Positions 30,427 to 47,782 of a stretch of 64,000 nucleotides of DNA are shown here, in pieces. The first letter of the stretch is position 1. Every line of letters begins with the position of its first letter. The translations under genes were made by a program, and so were the position numbers. The notes below the pieces were generated by a model that was not told the origin of the DNA, made no database searches, and saw nothing but the letters and a program-made list of their open reading frames with translations. This stretch comes from the human T2T-CHM13v2.0 reference genome, Homo sapiens: NCBI RefSeq assembly GCF_009914755.1, contig NC_060939.1. One strand, given 5' to 3'.

Positions 30427-30717
30427 AGCTCAGGCCTGTAATCCCAGCAAATTTGGAGGCCAAGGCAAGGGGATCACAAGGTAAAGAGATCAAGACCATC
30501 CTGGCCAATACAGTGAAACGCTGTCACTACTAAAAATCCAAAAAATTAGCTAGGCATTGTGGCAGCTGGTGTAGTCCCAGTGTGGTGTAGTCCAAGCTAC
30601 CTGGGAGGCTGAGGGAGGGCAATCGCTTGAACCCGTGAGGCAGATGTTGCAGTGAGCAAATTTGGTGCCATTGTACTCCACCCTGTGCAACAGGACAACA
30701 CTCTGTCTAAAAAAAAA
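30427..30717 (+). mobile_element. Alu relic in monomer U13
   Basis: Same Alu; offset shifted by a 1 bp upstream deletion. Confidence 0.92.
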
Positions 30718-32865
30718 TTATATATGATATATGTTATATGTTATGTAATATGCTTTATATGTAATATATAACCTCATATATATTATATGTCATAATATAT
30801 AATAGTTATCCTGTGTCATATTATATATATTATATATTTCATAACATATATAATATATAATACATATTATACATCTTATATATGAAAATATGTAATTAGA
30901 GATAAAATAACATATAGTTATATATAATATGATATATAACATATATACTATATCATATATGATATATAATATATAATTTTTTATTGCATATTATAATTCA
31001 TATATATTATAATTTATATAATGATATAATTATTTATATAATATAAATAATTATACATGCTTATATAATTATATATAATATAAATAATAATATATATAAT
31101 TACATATTCATATCGTTATATATAATAATACATTTCATATGTAATTATATATATCATATAATAGACAACACACCTAATATATAATACATAATATATATTA
31201 TACAATATAGGATACAAAAGATGTATGATATATAAGATATCATAATATAATATATATTTTAACATTATGTATGTAACATGTAATATGTGATATATAAAAT
31301 AAATTATGTAATATAAAATAATATAATATAATATATACTATATTAAGGTATATTATGTAAAGTATGTAATAAAATTATAAGTAACATAATATATAGTTAT
31401 ATATATTATCTTATGTATTTACATAGAGTATTATACAGTTATATATAATTTTAAATTGTTATATATAATTTAATATAAATCAAATATAATATATATCATA
31501 ACATATATATTGTATACCATATATATATTATGTATCATATATTGTATGTTATATATTATATATTCTATATCATATATCATATATTATATGTTATATATAT
31601 CACATTCCACATTTTGTATATTATAAATTATATACAATATATGACATGTATTATATTATATATAATAAATTATACATTATATGTAACATAGTATATATTA
31701 TATGTAACATGTATATTCTATGTAAAATATATAATATATAACATATTACATATAATTAATAACATAGACATATAATATATATTTAACATATGTACTATAT
31801 ATACAACGTATTATACATATACTATATAATATATATTATATATATGGCATAAAATATAATATATATTATATGTCATATTTTATATATACAATTATATATT
31901 ATTATATGTTATTTTATATTATCTATAACATAGATATAATATATATACCTATAATGTATATTACATATAATGTAGATATTATATATAATATATATAATGT
32001 ATATTATATATAACGTAGATATTATATATAATATATATAATGTATATTATATATTTAATACGTATATTAACCATATAATATATTCTATATATGATATATA
32101 ATATATATTATATATGTCATAAAATATAATATATATTATATGTCATTGTATAAATATAATACTTATATATTATCAATTATTATATTACATTTAATATATA
32201 TAATATAAGATGCAGGATGTGAAACAATATTATATATATGTTATTTATATTATATATATGATACTATATATTATTGTATACATAATGTGTATATATATTT
32301 GTGGGTGCCCTATTTCCCATCTCATAACTTGTTTTAAGAAGCGCAGCATAATAATGTGTGGGCTTGGGATTCAGTTTTTGAAACAAAACACTGAGCCTTC
32401 AATGACCTTTCGGTCTATGTAGAAGCGCTCCTGTCTTCGTGGCAGCAGTTGGACCTCACAATGTGGATTGTGCCGTCACCCTGCAATGTTTATGCCCTAT
32501 CGCCATGGTGACGGGATTAGGGATCTCCTGCTCTTGGTCCTAAAGGCCACTGTCTGTGCTGTGTTTTTCAAAGGTCAGCACAGAGTGAACCTTTGTGGTT
32601 TTATTTTCCCTGAGTTTGATTTTTCTCATGGGGAACCTGTGGTGCTGCTTTGAAGGTATATTCATACTGGCCTTTCAAATGCCAACTCTTCAAATTACTA
32701 GTTAATGCTTTCAAAGTATGTTATTTCAAAAATTATCCTCCGTATTTTCCATATGCAGTTATAAATATGTTTCATGGTTATGTTTCATTCCTCAGTTTAT
32801 ATATTTGATTATTGTACCAAGCAGAGTACCTTTGAAATTTTTTTTATCTAAAAAATATGTAAATT

Positions 32866-33156
32866 AGCTCAGGCCTGTAATCCCAGCAAATTTGGAGGCC
32901 AAGGCAAGGGGATCACAAGGTAAAGAGATCAAGACCATCCTGGCCAATACAGTGAAACGCTGTCACTACTAAAAATCCAAAAAATTAGCTAGGCATTGTG
33001 GCAGCTGGTGTAGTCCCAGTGTGGTGTAGTCCAAGCTACCTGGGAGGCTGAGGGAGGGCAATCGCTTGAACCCGTGAGGCAGATGTTGCAGTGAGCAAAT
33101 TTGGTGCCATTGTACTCCACCCTGTGCAACAGGACAACACTCTGTCTAAAAAAAAA
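32866..33156 (+). mobile_element. Alu relic in monomer U14
   Basis: Same Alu; offset shifted by a 1 bp upstream deletion. Confidence 0.92.
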
Positions 33157-35305
33157 TTATATATGATATATGTTATATGTTATGTAATATGCTTTATATG
33201 TAATATATAACCTCATATATATTATATGTCATAATATATAATAGTTATCCTGTGTCATAATATATATATTATATATTTCATAACATATATAATATATAAT
33301 ACATATTATACATCTTATATATGAAAATATGTAATTAGAGATAAAATAACATATAGTTATATATAATATGATATATAACATATATACTATATCATATATG
33401 ATATATAATATATAATTTTTTATTGCATATTATAATTCATATATATTATAATTTATATAATGATATAATTATTTATATAATATAAATAATTATACATGCT
33501 TATATAATTATATATAATATAAATAATAATATATATAATTACATATTCATATCGTTATATATAATAATACATTTCATATGTAATTATATATATCATATAA
33601 TAGACAACACACCTAATATATAATACATAATATATATTATACAATATAGGATACAAAAGATGTATGATATATAAGATATCATAATATAATATATATTTTA
33701 ACATTATGTATGTAACATGTAATATGTGATATATAAAATAAATTATGTAATATAAAATAATATAATATAATATATACTATATTAAGGTATATTATGTAAA
33801 GTATGTAATAAAATTATAAGTAACATAATATATAGTTATATATATTATCTTATGTATTTACATAGAGTATTATACAGTTATATATAATTTTAAATTGTTA
33901 TATATAATTTAATATAAAACAAATATAATATATATCATAACATATATATTGTATACCATATATATATTATGTATCATATATTGTATGTTATATATTATAT
34001 ATTCTATATCATATATCATATATTATATGTTATATATATCACATTCCACATTTTGTATATTATAAATTATATACAATATATGACATGTATTATATTATAT
34101 ATAATAAATTATACATTATATGTAACATAGTATATATTATATGTAACATGTATATTCTATGTAAAATATATAATATATAACATATTACATATAATTAATA
34201 ACATAGACATATAATATATATTTAACATATGTACTATATATACAACGTATTATACATATACTATATAATATATATTATATATATGGCATAAAATATAATA
34301 TATATTATATGTCATATTTTATATATACAATTATATATTATTATATGTTATTTTATATTATCTATAACATAGATATAATATATATACCTATAATGTATAT
34401 TACATATAATGTAGATATTATATATAATATATATAATGTATATTATATATAACGTAGATATTATATATAATATATATAATGTATATTATATATTTAATAC
34501 GTATACTAACCATATAATATATTCTATATATGATATATAATATATATTATATATGTCATAAAATATAATATATATTATATGTCATTGTATAAATATAATA
34601 CTTATATATTATCAATTATTATATTACATTTAATATATATAATATAAGATGCAGGATGTGAAACAATATTATATATATGTTATTTATATTATATATATGA
34701 TACTATATATTATTGTATACATAATGTGTATATATATTTGTGGGTGCCCTATTTCCCATCTCATAACTTGTTTTAAGAAGCGCAGCATAATAATGTGTGG
34801 GCTTGGGATTCAGTTTTTGAAACAAAACACTGAGCCTTCAATGACCTTTCGGTCTATGTAGAAGCGCTCCTGTCTTCGTGGCAGCAGTTGGACCTCACAA
34901 TGTGGATTGTGCCGTCACCCTGCAATGTTTATGCCCTATCGCCATGGTGACGGGATTAGGGATCTCCTGCTCTTGGTCCTAAAGGCCACTGTCTGTGCTG
35001 TGTTTTTCAAAGGTCAGCACAGAGTGAACCTTTGTGGTTTTATTTTCCCTGAGTTTGATTTTTCTCATGGGGAACCTGTGGTGCTGCTTTGAAGGTATAT
35101 TCATACTGGCCTTTCAAATGCCAACTCTTCAAATTACTAGTTAATGCTTTCAAAGTATGTTATTTCAAAAATTATCCTCCGTATTTTCCATATGCAGTTA
35201 TAAATATGTTTCATGGTTATGTTTCATTCCTCAGTTTATATATTTGATTATTGTACCAAGCAGAGTACCTTTGAAATTTTTTTTCATCTAAAAAATATGT
35301 AAATT

Positions 35306-35596
35306 AGCTCAGGCCTGTAATCCCAGCAAATTTGGAGGCCAAGGCAAGGGGATCACAAGGTAAAGAGATCAAGACCATCCTGGCCAATACAGTGAAACGC
35401 TGTCACTACTAAAAATCCAAAAAATTAGCTAGGCATTGTGGCAGCTGGTGTAGTCCCAGTGTGGTGTAGTCCAAGCTACCTGGGAGGCTGAGGGAGGGCA
35501 ATCGCTTGAACCCGTGAGGCAGATGTTGCAGTGAGCAAATTTGGTGCCATTGTACTCCACCCTGTGCAACAGGACAACACTCTGTCTAAAAAAAAA
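35306..35596 (+). mobile_element. Alu relic in monomer U15
   Basis: Same Alu at the same monomer offset. Confidence 0.92.
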
Positions 35597-37738
35597 TTAT
35601 ATATGATATATGTTATATGTTATGTAATATGCTTTATATGTAATATATAACCTCATATATATTATATGTCATAATATATAATAGTTATCCTGTGTCATAT
35701 TATATATATTATATATTTCATAACATATATAATATATAATACATATTATACATCTTATATATGAAAATATGTAATTAGAGATAAAATAACATATAGTTAT
35801 ATATAATATGATATATAACATATATACTATATCATATATGATATATAATATATAATTTTTTATTGCATATTATAATTCATATATATTATAATTTATATAA
35901 TGATATAATTATTTATATAATATAAATAATTATACATGATTATATAATTATATATAATATAAATAATAATATATATAATTACATATTCATATCGTTATAT
36001 ATAATAATACATTTCATATGTAATTATATATATCATATAATAGACAACACACCTAATATATAATATATAATATATATTATACTATATAGGATACAAAAGA
36101 TGTATGATATATAAGATATCATAATATAATATATATTTTAACATTATGTATGTAACATGTAATATGTGATATATAAAATAAATTATGTAATATAAAATAA
36201 TATAATATAATATATACTATATTAAGGTATATTATGTAAAGTATGTAATAAAATTATAAGTAACATAATATATAGTTATATATATTATCTTATGTATTTA
36301 CATAGAGTATTATACAGTTATATATAATTTTAAATTGTTATATATAATTTAATATAAAACAAATATAATATATATCATAACATATATATTGTATACCATA
36401 TATATATTATGTATCATATATTGTATGTTATATATCATATATTGTATATCATATATTATATGTTATATGTATCACATTCCACATTTTGTATATTATAAAT
36501 TATATACAATATATGACATATATTATATTATATATAATAAATTATACATTATATGTAACATAGTATATATTATATGTAACATGTATATTCTATGTAAAAT
36601 ATATAATATATAACATATTACATATAATTAATAACATAGACATATAATATATATTTAATATATGTACTATATATACAACGTATTATACATATACTATATA
36701 ATATATATTATATATATGGCATAAAATATAATATATATTATATGTCATATTTTATATATACAATTATATATTATTATATGTTATTTTATATTATCTATAA
36801 CATAGATATAATATATATACCTATAATGTATATTACATATAACGTAGATATTATATATAATATATATAATGTATATTATATATAACGTAGATATTATATA
36901 TAATATATATAATGTATATTATATATTTAATACGTATATTAACCATATAATATATTCTATATATGATATATAATATATATTATATATGTCATAAAACATA
37001 ATATATATTATATGTCATTGTATAAATATAATACTTATATATTATCAATTATTATATTACATTTAATATATATAATATAAGATGCAGGATGTGAGACAAT
37101 ATTATATATATGTTATTTATATTATATATATGATACTATATATTATTGTATACATAATGTGTATATATATTTGTGGGTGCCCTATTTCCCATCTCATAAC
37201 TTGTTTTAAGAAGCGCAGCATAATAATGTGTGGGCTTGGGATTCAGTTTTTGAAACAAAACACTGAGCCTTCAATGACCTTTCGGTCTATGTAGAAGCGC
37301 TCCTGTCTTCGTGGCAGCAGTTGGACCTCACAATGTGGATTGTGCCGTCACCCTGCAATGTTTATGCCCTATCGCCATGGTGACGGGATTAGGGATCTCC
37401 TGCTCTTGGTCCTAAAGGCCACTGTCTGTGCTGTGTTTTTCAAAGGTCAGCACAGAGTGAACCTTTGTGGTTTTATTTTCCCTGAGTTTGATTTTTCTCA
37501 TGGGGAACCTGTGGTGCTGCTTTGAAGGTATATTCATACTGGCCTTTCAAATGCCAACTCTTCAAATTACTAGTTAATGCTTTCAAAGTATGTTATTTCA
37601 AAAATTATCCTCCGTATTTTCCATATGCAGTTATAAATATGTTTCATGGTTATGTTTCATTCCTCAGTTTATATATTTGATTATTGTACCAAGCAGAGTA
37701 CCTTTGAAATTTTTTTTCATCTAAAAAATATGTAAATT

Positions 37739-38029
37739 AGCTCAGGCCTGTAATCCCAGCAAATTTGGAGGCCAAGGCAAGGGGATCACAAGGTAAAGAG
37801 ATCAAGACCATCCTGGCCAATACAGTGAAACGCTGTCACTACTAAAAATCCAAAAAATTAGCTAGGCATTGTGGCAGCTGGTGTAGTCCCAGTGTGGTGT
37901 AGTCCAAGCTACCTGGGAGGCTGAGGGAGGGCAATCGCTTGAACCCGTGAGGCAGATGTTGCAGTGAGCAAATTTGGTGCCATTGTACTCCACCCTGTGC
38001 AACAGGACAACACTCTGTCTAAAAAAAAA
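37739..38029 (+). mobile_element. Alu relic in monomer U16
   Basis: Same Alu at the same monomer offset. Confidence 0.92.
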
Positions 38030-40178
38030 TTATATATGATATATGTTATATGTTATGTAATATGCTTTATATGTAATATATAACCTCATATATATTATAT
38101 GTCATAATATATAATAGTTATCCTGTGTCATATTATATATATTATATATTTCATAACATATATAATATATAATACATATTATACATCTTATATATGAAAA
38201 TATGTAATTAGAGATAAAATAACATATAGTTATATATAATATGATATATAACATATATACTATATCATATATGATATATAATATATAATTTTTTATTGCA
38301 TATTATAATTCATATATATTATAATTTATATAATGATATAATTATTTATATAATATAAATAATTATACATGCTTATATAATTATATATAATATAAATAAT
38401 AATATATATAATTACATATTCATATCGTTATATATAATAATACATTTCATATGTAATTATATATATCATATAATAGACAACACACCTAATATATAATATA
38501 TAATATATATTATACAATATAGGATACAAAAGATGTATGATATATAAGATATCATAATATAATATATATTTTAACATTATGTATGTAACATGTAATATGT
38601 GATATATAAAATAAATTATGTAATATAAAATAATATAATATAATATATACTATATTAAGGTATATTATGTAAAGTATGTAATAAAATTATAAGTAACATA
38701 ATATATAGTTATATATATTATCTTATGTATTTACATAGAGTATTATACAGTTATATATAATTTTAAATTGTTATATATAATTTAATATAAAACAAATATA
38801 ATATATATCATAACATATATATTGTATACCATATATATATTATGTATCATATATTGTATGTTATATATTATATATTCTATATCATATATCATATATTATA
38901 TGTTATATATATCACATTCCACATTTTGTATATTATAAATTATATACAATATATGACATGTATTATATTATATATAATAAATTATACATTATATGTAACA
39001 TAGTATATATTATATGTAACATGTATATTCTATGTAAAATATATAATATATAACATATTACATATAATTAATAACATAGACATATAATATATATTTAACA
39101 TATGTACTATATATACAACGTATTATACATATACTATATAATATATATTATATATATGGCATAAAATATAATATATATTATATGTCATATTTTATATATA
39201 CAATTATATATTATTATATGTTATTTTATATTATCTATAACATAGATATAATATATATACCTATAATGTATATTACATATAACGTAGATATTATATATAA
39301 TATATATAATGTATATTATATATAACGTAGATATTATATATAATATATATAATGTATATTATATATTTAATACGTATATTAACCATATAATATATTCTAT
39401 ATATGATATATAATATATATTATATATGTCATAAAATATAATATATATTATATGTCATTGTATAAATATAATACTTATATATTATCAATTATTATATTAC
39501 ATTTAATATATATAATATAAGATGCAGGATGTGAAACAATATTATATATATGTTATTTATATTATATATATGATACTATATATTATTGTATACATAATGT
39601 GTATATATATTTGTGGGTGCCCTATTTCCCATCTCATAACTTGTTTTAAGAAGCGCAGCATAATAATGTGTGGGCTTGGGATTCAGTTTTTGAAACAAAA
39701 CACTGAGCCTTCAATGACCTTTCGGTCTATGTAGAAGCGCTCCTGTCTTCGTGGCAGCAGTTGGACCTCACAATGTGGATTGTGCCGTCACCCTGCAATG
39801 TTTATGCCCTATCGCCATGGTGACGGGATTAGGGATCTCCTGCTCTTGGTCCTAAAGGCCACTGTCTGTGCTGTGTTTTTCAAAGGTCAGCACAGAGTGA
39901 ACCTTTGTGGTTTTATTTTCCCTGAGTTTGATTTTTCTCATGGGGAACCTGTGGTGCTGCTTTGAAGGTATATTCATACTGGCCTTTCAAATGCCAACTC
40001 TTCAAATTACTAGTTAATGCTTTCAAAGTATGTTATTTCAAAAATTATCCTCCGTATTTTCCATATGCAGTTATAAATATGTTTCATGGTTATGTTTCAT
40101 TCCTCAGTTTATATATTTGATTATTGTACCAAGCAGAGTACCTTTGAAATTTTTTTTCATCTAAAAAATATGTAAATT

Positions 40179-40469
40179 AGCTCAGGCCTGTAATCCCAGC
40201 AAATTTGGAGGCCAAGGCAAGGGGATCACAAGGTAAAGAGATCAAGACCATCCTGGCCAATACAGTGAAACGCTGTCACTACTAAAAATCCAAAAAATTA
40301 GCTAGGCATTGTGGCAGCTGGTGTAGTCCCAGTGTGGTGTAGTCCAAGCTACCTGGGAGGCTGAGGGAGGGCAATCGCTTGAACCCGTGAGGCAGATGTT
40401 GCAGTGAGCAAATTTGGTGCCATTGTACTCCACCCTGTGCAACAGGACAACACTCTGTCTAAAAAAAAA
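40179..40469 (+). mobile_element. Alu relic in monomer U17
   Basis: Same Alu at the same monomer offset. Confidence 0.92.
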
Positions 40470-42618
40470 TTATATATGATATATGTTATATGTTATGTAA
40501 TATGCTTTATATGTAATATATAACCTCATATATATTATATGTCATAATATATAATAGTTATCCTGTGTCATATTATATATATTATATATTTCATAACATA
40601 TATAATATATAATACATATTATACATCTTATATATGAAAATATGTAATTAGAGATAAAATAACATATAGTTATATATAATATGATATATAACATATATAC
40701 TATATCATATATGATATATAATATATAATTTTTTATTGCATATTATAATTCATATATATTATAATTTATATAATGATATAATTATTTATATAATATAAAT
40801 AATTATACATGCTTATATAATTATATATAATATAAATAATAATATATATAATTACATATTCATATCGTTATATATAATAATACATTTCATATGTAATTAT
40901 ATATATCATATAATAGACAACACACCTAATATATAATATATAATATATATTATACAATATAGGATACAAAAGATGTATGATATATAAGATATCATAATAT
41001 AATATATATTTTAACATTATGTATGTAACATGTAATATGTGATATATAAAATAAATTATGTAATATAAAAGAATATAATATAATATATACTATATTAAGG
41101 TATATTATGTAAAGTATGTAATAAAATTATAAGTAACATAATATATAGTTATATATATTATCTTATGTATTTACATAGAGTATTATACAGTTATATATAA
41201 TTTTAAATTGTTATATATAATTTAATATAAAACAAATATAATATATATCATAACATATATATTGTATACCATATATATATTATGTATCATATATTGTATG
41301 TTATATATTATATATTCTATATCATATATCATATATTATATGTTATATATATCACATTCCACATTTTGTATATTATAAATTATATACAATATATGACATG
41401 TATTATATTATATATAATAAATTATACATTATATGTAACATAGTATATATTATATGTAACATGTATATTCTATGTAAAATATATAATATATAACATATTA
41501 CATATAATTAATAACATAGACATATAATATATATTTAACTTATGTACTATATATACAACGTATTATACATATACTATATAATATATATTATATATATGGC
41601 ATAAAATATAATATATATTATATGTCATATTTTATATATACAATTATATATTATTATATGTTATTTTATATTATCTATAACATAGATATAATATATATAC
41701 CTATAATGTATATTACATATAACGTAGATATTATATATAATATATATAATGTATATTATATATAACGTAGATATTATATATAATATATATAATGTATATT
41801 ATATATTTAATACGTATATTAACCATATAATATATTCTATATATGATATATAATATATATTATATATGTCATAAAATATAATATATATTATATGTCATTG
41901 TATAAATATAATACTTATATATTATCAATTATTATATTACATTTAATATATATAATATAAGATGCAGGATGTGAAACAATATTATATCTATGTTATTTAT
42001 ATTATATATATGATACTATATATTATTGTATACATAATGTGTATATATATTTGTGGGTGCCCTATTTCCCATCTCATAACTTGTTTTAAGAAGCGCAGCA
42101 TAATAATGTGTGGGCTTGGGATTCAGTTTTTGAAACAAAACACTGAGCCTTCAATGACCTTTCGGTCTATGTAGAAGCGCTCCTGTCTTCGTGGCAGCAG
42201 TTGGACCTCACAATGTGGATTGTGCCGTCACCCTGCAATGTTTATGCCCTATCGCCATGGTGACGGGATTAGGGATCTCCTGCTCTTGGTCCTAAAGGCC
42301 ACTGTCTGTGCTGTGTTTTTCAAAGGTCAGCACAGAGTGAACCTTTGTGGTTTTATTTTCCCTGAGTTTGATTTTTCTCATGGGGAACCTGTGGTGCTGC
42401 TTTGAAGGTATATTCATACTGGCCTTTCAAATGCCAACTCTTCAAATTACTAGTTAATGCTTTCAAAGTATGTTATTTCAAAAATTATCCTCCGTATTTT
42501 CCATATGCAGTTATAAATATGTTTCATGGTTATGTTTCATTCCTCAGTTTATATATTTGATTATTGTACCAAGCAGAGTACCTTTGAAATTTTTTTTCAT
42601 CTAAAAAATATGTAAATT

Positions 42619-42909
42619 AGCTCAGGCCTGTAATCCCAGCAAATTTGGAGGCCAAGGCAAGGGGATCACAAGGTAAAGAGATCAAGACCATCCTGGCCAA
42701 TACAGTGAAACGCTGTCACTACTAAAAATCCAAAAAATTAGCTAGGCATTGTGGCAGCTGGTGTAGTCCCAGTGTGGTGTAGTCCAAGCTACCTGGGAGG
42801 CTGAGGGAGGGCAATCGCTTGAACCCGTGAGGCAGATGTTGCAGTGAGCAAATTTGGTGCCATTGTACTCCACCCTGTGCAACAGGACAACACTCTGTCT
42901 AAAAAAAAA
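42619..42909 (+). mobile_element. Alu relic in monomer U18
   Basis: Same Alu at the same monomer offset. Confidence 0.92.
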
Positions 42910-45051
42910 TTATATATGATATATGTTATATGTTATGTAATATGCTTTATATGTAATATATAACCTCATATATATTATATGTCATAATATATAATAGTTA
43001 TCCTGTGTCATATTATATATATTATATATTTCATAACATATATAATATATAATACATATTATACATCTTATATATGAAAATATGTAATTAGAGATAAAAT
43101 AACATATAGTTATATATAATATGATATATAACATATATACTATATCATATATGATATATAATATATAATTTTTTATTGCATATTATAATTCATATATATT
43201 ATAATTTATATAATGATATAATTATTTATATAATATAAATAATTATACATGATTATATAATTATATATAATATAAATAATAATATATATAATTACATATT
43301 CATATCGTTATATATAATAATACATTTCATATGTAATTATATATATCATATAATAGACAACACACCTAATATATAATATATAATATATATTATACTATAT
43401 AGGATACAAAAGATGTATGATATATAAGATATCATAATATAATATATATTTTAACATTATGTATGTAACATGTAATATGTGATATATAAAATAAATTATG
43501 TAATATAAAATAATATAATATAATATATACTATATTAAGGTATATTATGTAAAGTATGTAATAAAATTATAAGTAACATAATATATAGTTATATATATTA
43601 TCTTATGTATTTACATAGAGTATTATACAGTTATATATAATTTTAAATTGTTATATATAATTTAATATAAAACAAATATAATATATATCATAACATATAT
43701 ATTGTATACCATATATATATTATGTATCATATATTGTATGTTATATATCATATATTGTATATCATATATTATATGTTATATGTATCACATTCCACATTTT
43801 GTATATTATAAATTATATACAATATATGACATATATTATATTATATATAATAAATTATACATTATATGTAACATAGTATATATTATATGTAACATGTATA
43901 TTCTATGTAAAATATATAATATATAACATATTACATATAATTAATAACATAGACATATAATATATATTTAATATATGTACTATATATACAACGTATTATA
44001 CATATACTATATAATATATATTATATATATGGCATAAAATATAATATATATTATATGTCATATTTTATATATACAATTATATATTATTATATGTTATTTT
44101 ATATTATCTATAACATAGATATAATATATATACCTATAATGTATATTACATATAACGTAGATATTATATATAATATATATAATGTATATTATATATAACG
44201 TAGATATTATATATAATATATATAATGTATATTATATATTTAATACGTATATTAACCATATAATATATTCTATATATGATATATAATATATATTATATAT
44301 GTCATAAAACATAATATATATTATATGTCATTGTATAAATATAATACTTATATATTATCAATTATTATATTACATTTAATATATATAATATAAGATGCAG
44401 GATGTGAGACAATATTATATATATGTTATTTATATTATATATATGATACTATATATTATTGTATACATAATGTGTATATATATTTGTGGGTGCCCTATTT
44501 CCCATCTCATAACTTGTTTTAAGAAGCGCAGCATAATAATGTGTGGGCTTGGGATTCAGTTTTTGAAACAAAACACTGAGCCTTCAATGACCTTTCGGTC
44601 TATGTAGAAGCGCTCCTGTCTTCGTGGCAGCAGTTGGACCTCACAATGTGGATTGTGCCGTCACCCTGCAATGTTTATGCCCTATCGCCATGGTGACGGG
44701 ATTAGGGATCTCCTGCTCTTGGTCCTAAAGGCCACTGTCTGTGCTGTGTTTTTCAAAGGTCAGCACAGAGTGAACCTTTGTGGTTTTATTTTCCCTGAGT
44801 TTGATTTTTCTCATGGGGAACCTGTGGTGCTGCTTTGAAGGTATATTCATACTGGCCTTTCAAATGCCAACTCTTCAAATTACTAGTTAATGCTTTCAAA
44901 GTATGTTATTTCAAAAATTATCCTCCGTATTTTCCATATGCAGTTATAAATATGTTTCATGGTTATGTTTCATTCCTCAGTTTATATATTTGATTATTGT
45001 ACCAAGCAGAGTACCTTTGAAATTTTTTTTCATCTAAAAAATATGTAAATT

Positions 45052-45342
45052 AGCTCAGGCCTGTAATCCCAGCAAATTTGGAGGCCAAGGCAAGGGGATC
45101 ACAAGGTAAAGAGATCAAGACCATCCTGGCCAATACAGTGAAACGCTGTCACTACTAAAAATCCAAAAAATTAGCTAGGCATTGTGGCAGCTGGTGTAGT
45201 CCCAGTGTGGTGTAGTCCAAGCTACCTGGGAGGCTGAGGGAGGGCAATCGCTTGAACCCGTGAGGCAGATGTTGCAGTGAGCAAATTTGGTGCCATTGTA
45301 CTCCACCCTGTGCAACAGGACAACACTCTGTCTAAAAAAAAA
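45052..45342 (+). mobile_element. Alu relic in monomer U19
   Basis: Same Alu at the same monomer offset. Confidence 0.92.
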
Positions 45343-47491
45343 TTATATATGATATATGTTATATGTTATGTAATATGCTTTATATGTAATATATAACCTC
45401 ATATATATTATATGTCATAATATATAATAGTTATCCTGTGTCATATTATATATATTATATATTTCATAACATATATAATATATAATACATATTATACATC
45501 TTATATATGAAAATATGTAATTAGAGATAAAATAACATATAGTTATATATAATATGATATATAACATATATACTATATCATATATGATATATAATATATA
45601 ATTTTTTATTGCATATTATAATTCATATATATTATAATTTATATAATGATATAATTATTTATATAATATAAATAATTATACATGCTTATATAATTATATA
45701 TAATATAAATAATAATATATATAATTACATATTCATATCGTTATATATAATAATACATTTCATATGTAATTATATATATCATATAATAGACAACACACCT
45801 AATATATAATATATAATATATATTATACAATATAGGATACAAAAGATGTATGATATATAAGATATCATAATATAATATATATTTTAACATTATGTATGTA
45901 ACATGTAATATGTGATATATAAAATAAATTATGTAATATAAAATAATATAATATAATATATACTATATTAAGGTATATTATGTAAAGTATGTAATAAAAT
46001 TATAAGTAACATAATATATAGTTATATATATTATCTTATGTATTTACATAGAGTATTATACAGTTATATATAATTTTAAATTGTTATATATAATTTAATA
46101 TAAAACAAATATAATATATATCATAACATATATATTGTATACCATATATATATTATGTATCATATATTGTATGTTATATATTATATATTCTATATCATAT
46201 ATCATATATTATATGTTATATATATCACATTCCACATTTTGTATATTATAAATTATATACAATATATGACATGTATTATATTATATATAATAAATTATAC
46301 ATTATATGTAACATAGTATATATTATATGTAACATGTATATTCTATGTAAAATATATAATATATAACATATTACATATAATTAATAACATAGACATATAA
46401 TATATATTTAACATATGTACTATATATACAACGTATTATACATATACTATATAATATATATTATATATATGGCATAAAATATAATATATATTATATGTCA
46501 TATTTTATATATACAATTATATATTATTATATGTTATTTTATATTATCTATAACATAGATATAATATATATACCTATAATGTATATTACATATAACGTAG
46601 ATATTATATATAATATATATAATGTATATTATATATAACGTAGATATTATATATAATATATATAATGTATATTATATATTTAATACGTATATTAACCATA
46701 TAATATATTCTATATATGATATATAATATATATTATATATGTCATAAAATATAATATATATTATATGTCATTGTATAAATATAATACTTATATATTATCA
46801 ATTATTATATTACATTTAATATATATAATATAAGATGCAGGATGTGAAACAATATTATATATATGTTATTTATATTATATATATGATACTATATATTATT
46901 GTATACATAATGTGTATATATATTTGTGGGTGCCCTATTTCCCATCTCATAACTTGTTTTAAGAAGCGCAGCATAATAATGTGTGGGCTTGGGATTCAGT
47001 TTTTGAAACAAAACACTGAGCCTTCAATGACCTTTCGGTCTATGTAGAAGCGCTCCTGTCTTCGTGGCAGCAGTTGGACCTCACAATGTGGATTGTGCCG
47101 TCACCCTGCAATGTTTATGCCCTATCGCCATGGTGACGGGATTAGGGATCTCCTGCTCTTGGTCCTAAAGGCCACTGTCTGTGCTGTGTTTTTCAAAGGT
47201 CAGCACAGAGTGAACCTTTGTGGTTTTATTTTCCCTGAGTTTGATTTTTCTCATGGGGAACCTGTGGTGCTGCTTTGAAGGTATATTCATACTGGCCTTT
47301 CAAATGCCAACTCTTCAAATTACTAGTTAATGCTTTCAAAGTATGTTATTTCAAAAATTATCCTCCGTATTTTCCATATGCAGTTATAAATATGTTTCAT
47401 GGTTATGTTTCATTCCTCAGTTTATATATTTGATTATTGTACCAAGCAGAGTACCTTTGAAATTTTTTTTCATCTAAAAAATATGTAAATT

Positions 47492-47782
47492 AGCTCAGGC
47501 CTGTAATCCCAGCAAATTTGGAGGCCAAGGCAAGGGGATCACAAGGTAAAGAGATCAAGACCATCCTGGCCAATACAGTGAAACGCTGTCACTACTAAAA
47601 ATCCAAAAAATTAGCTAGGCATTGTGGCAGCTGGTGTAGTCCCAGTGTGGTGTAGTCCAAGCTACCTGGGAGGCTGAGGGAGGGCAATCGCTTGAACCCG
47701 TGAGGCAGATGTTGCAGTGAGCAAATTTGGTGCCATTGTACTCCACCCTGTGCAACAGGACAACACTCTGTCTAAAAAAAAA
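47492..47782 (+). mobile_element. Alu relic in monomer U20
   Basis: Same Alu at the same monomer offset. Confidence 0.92.
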
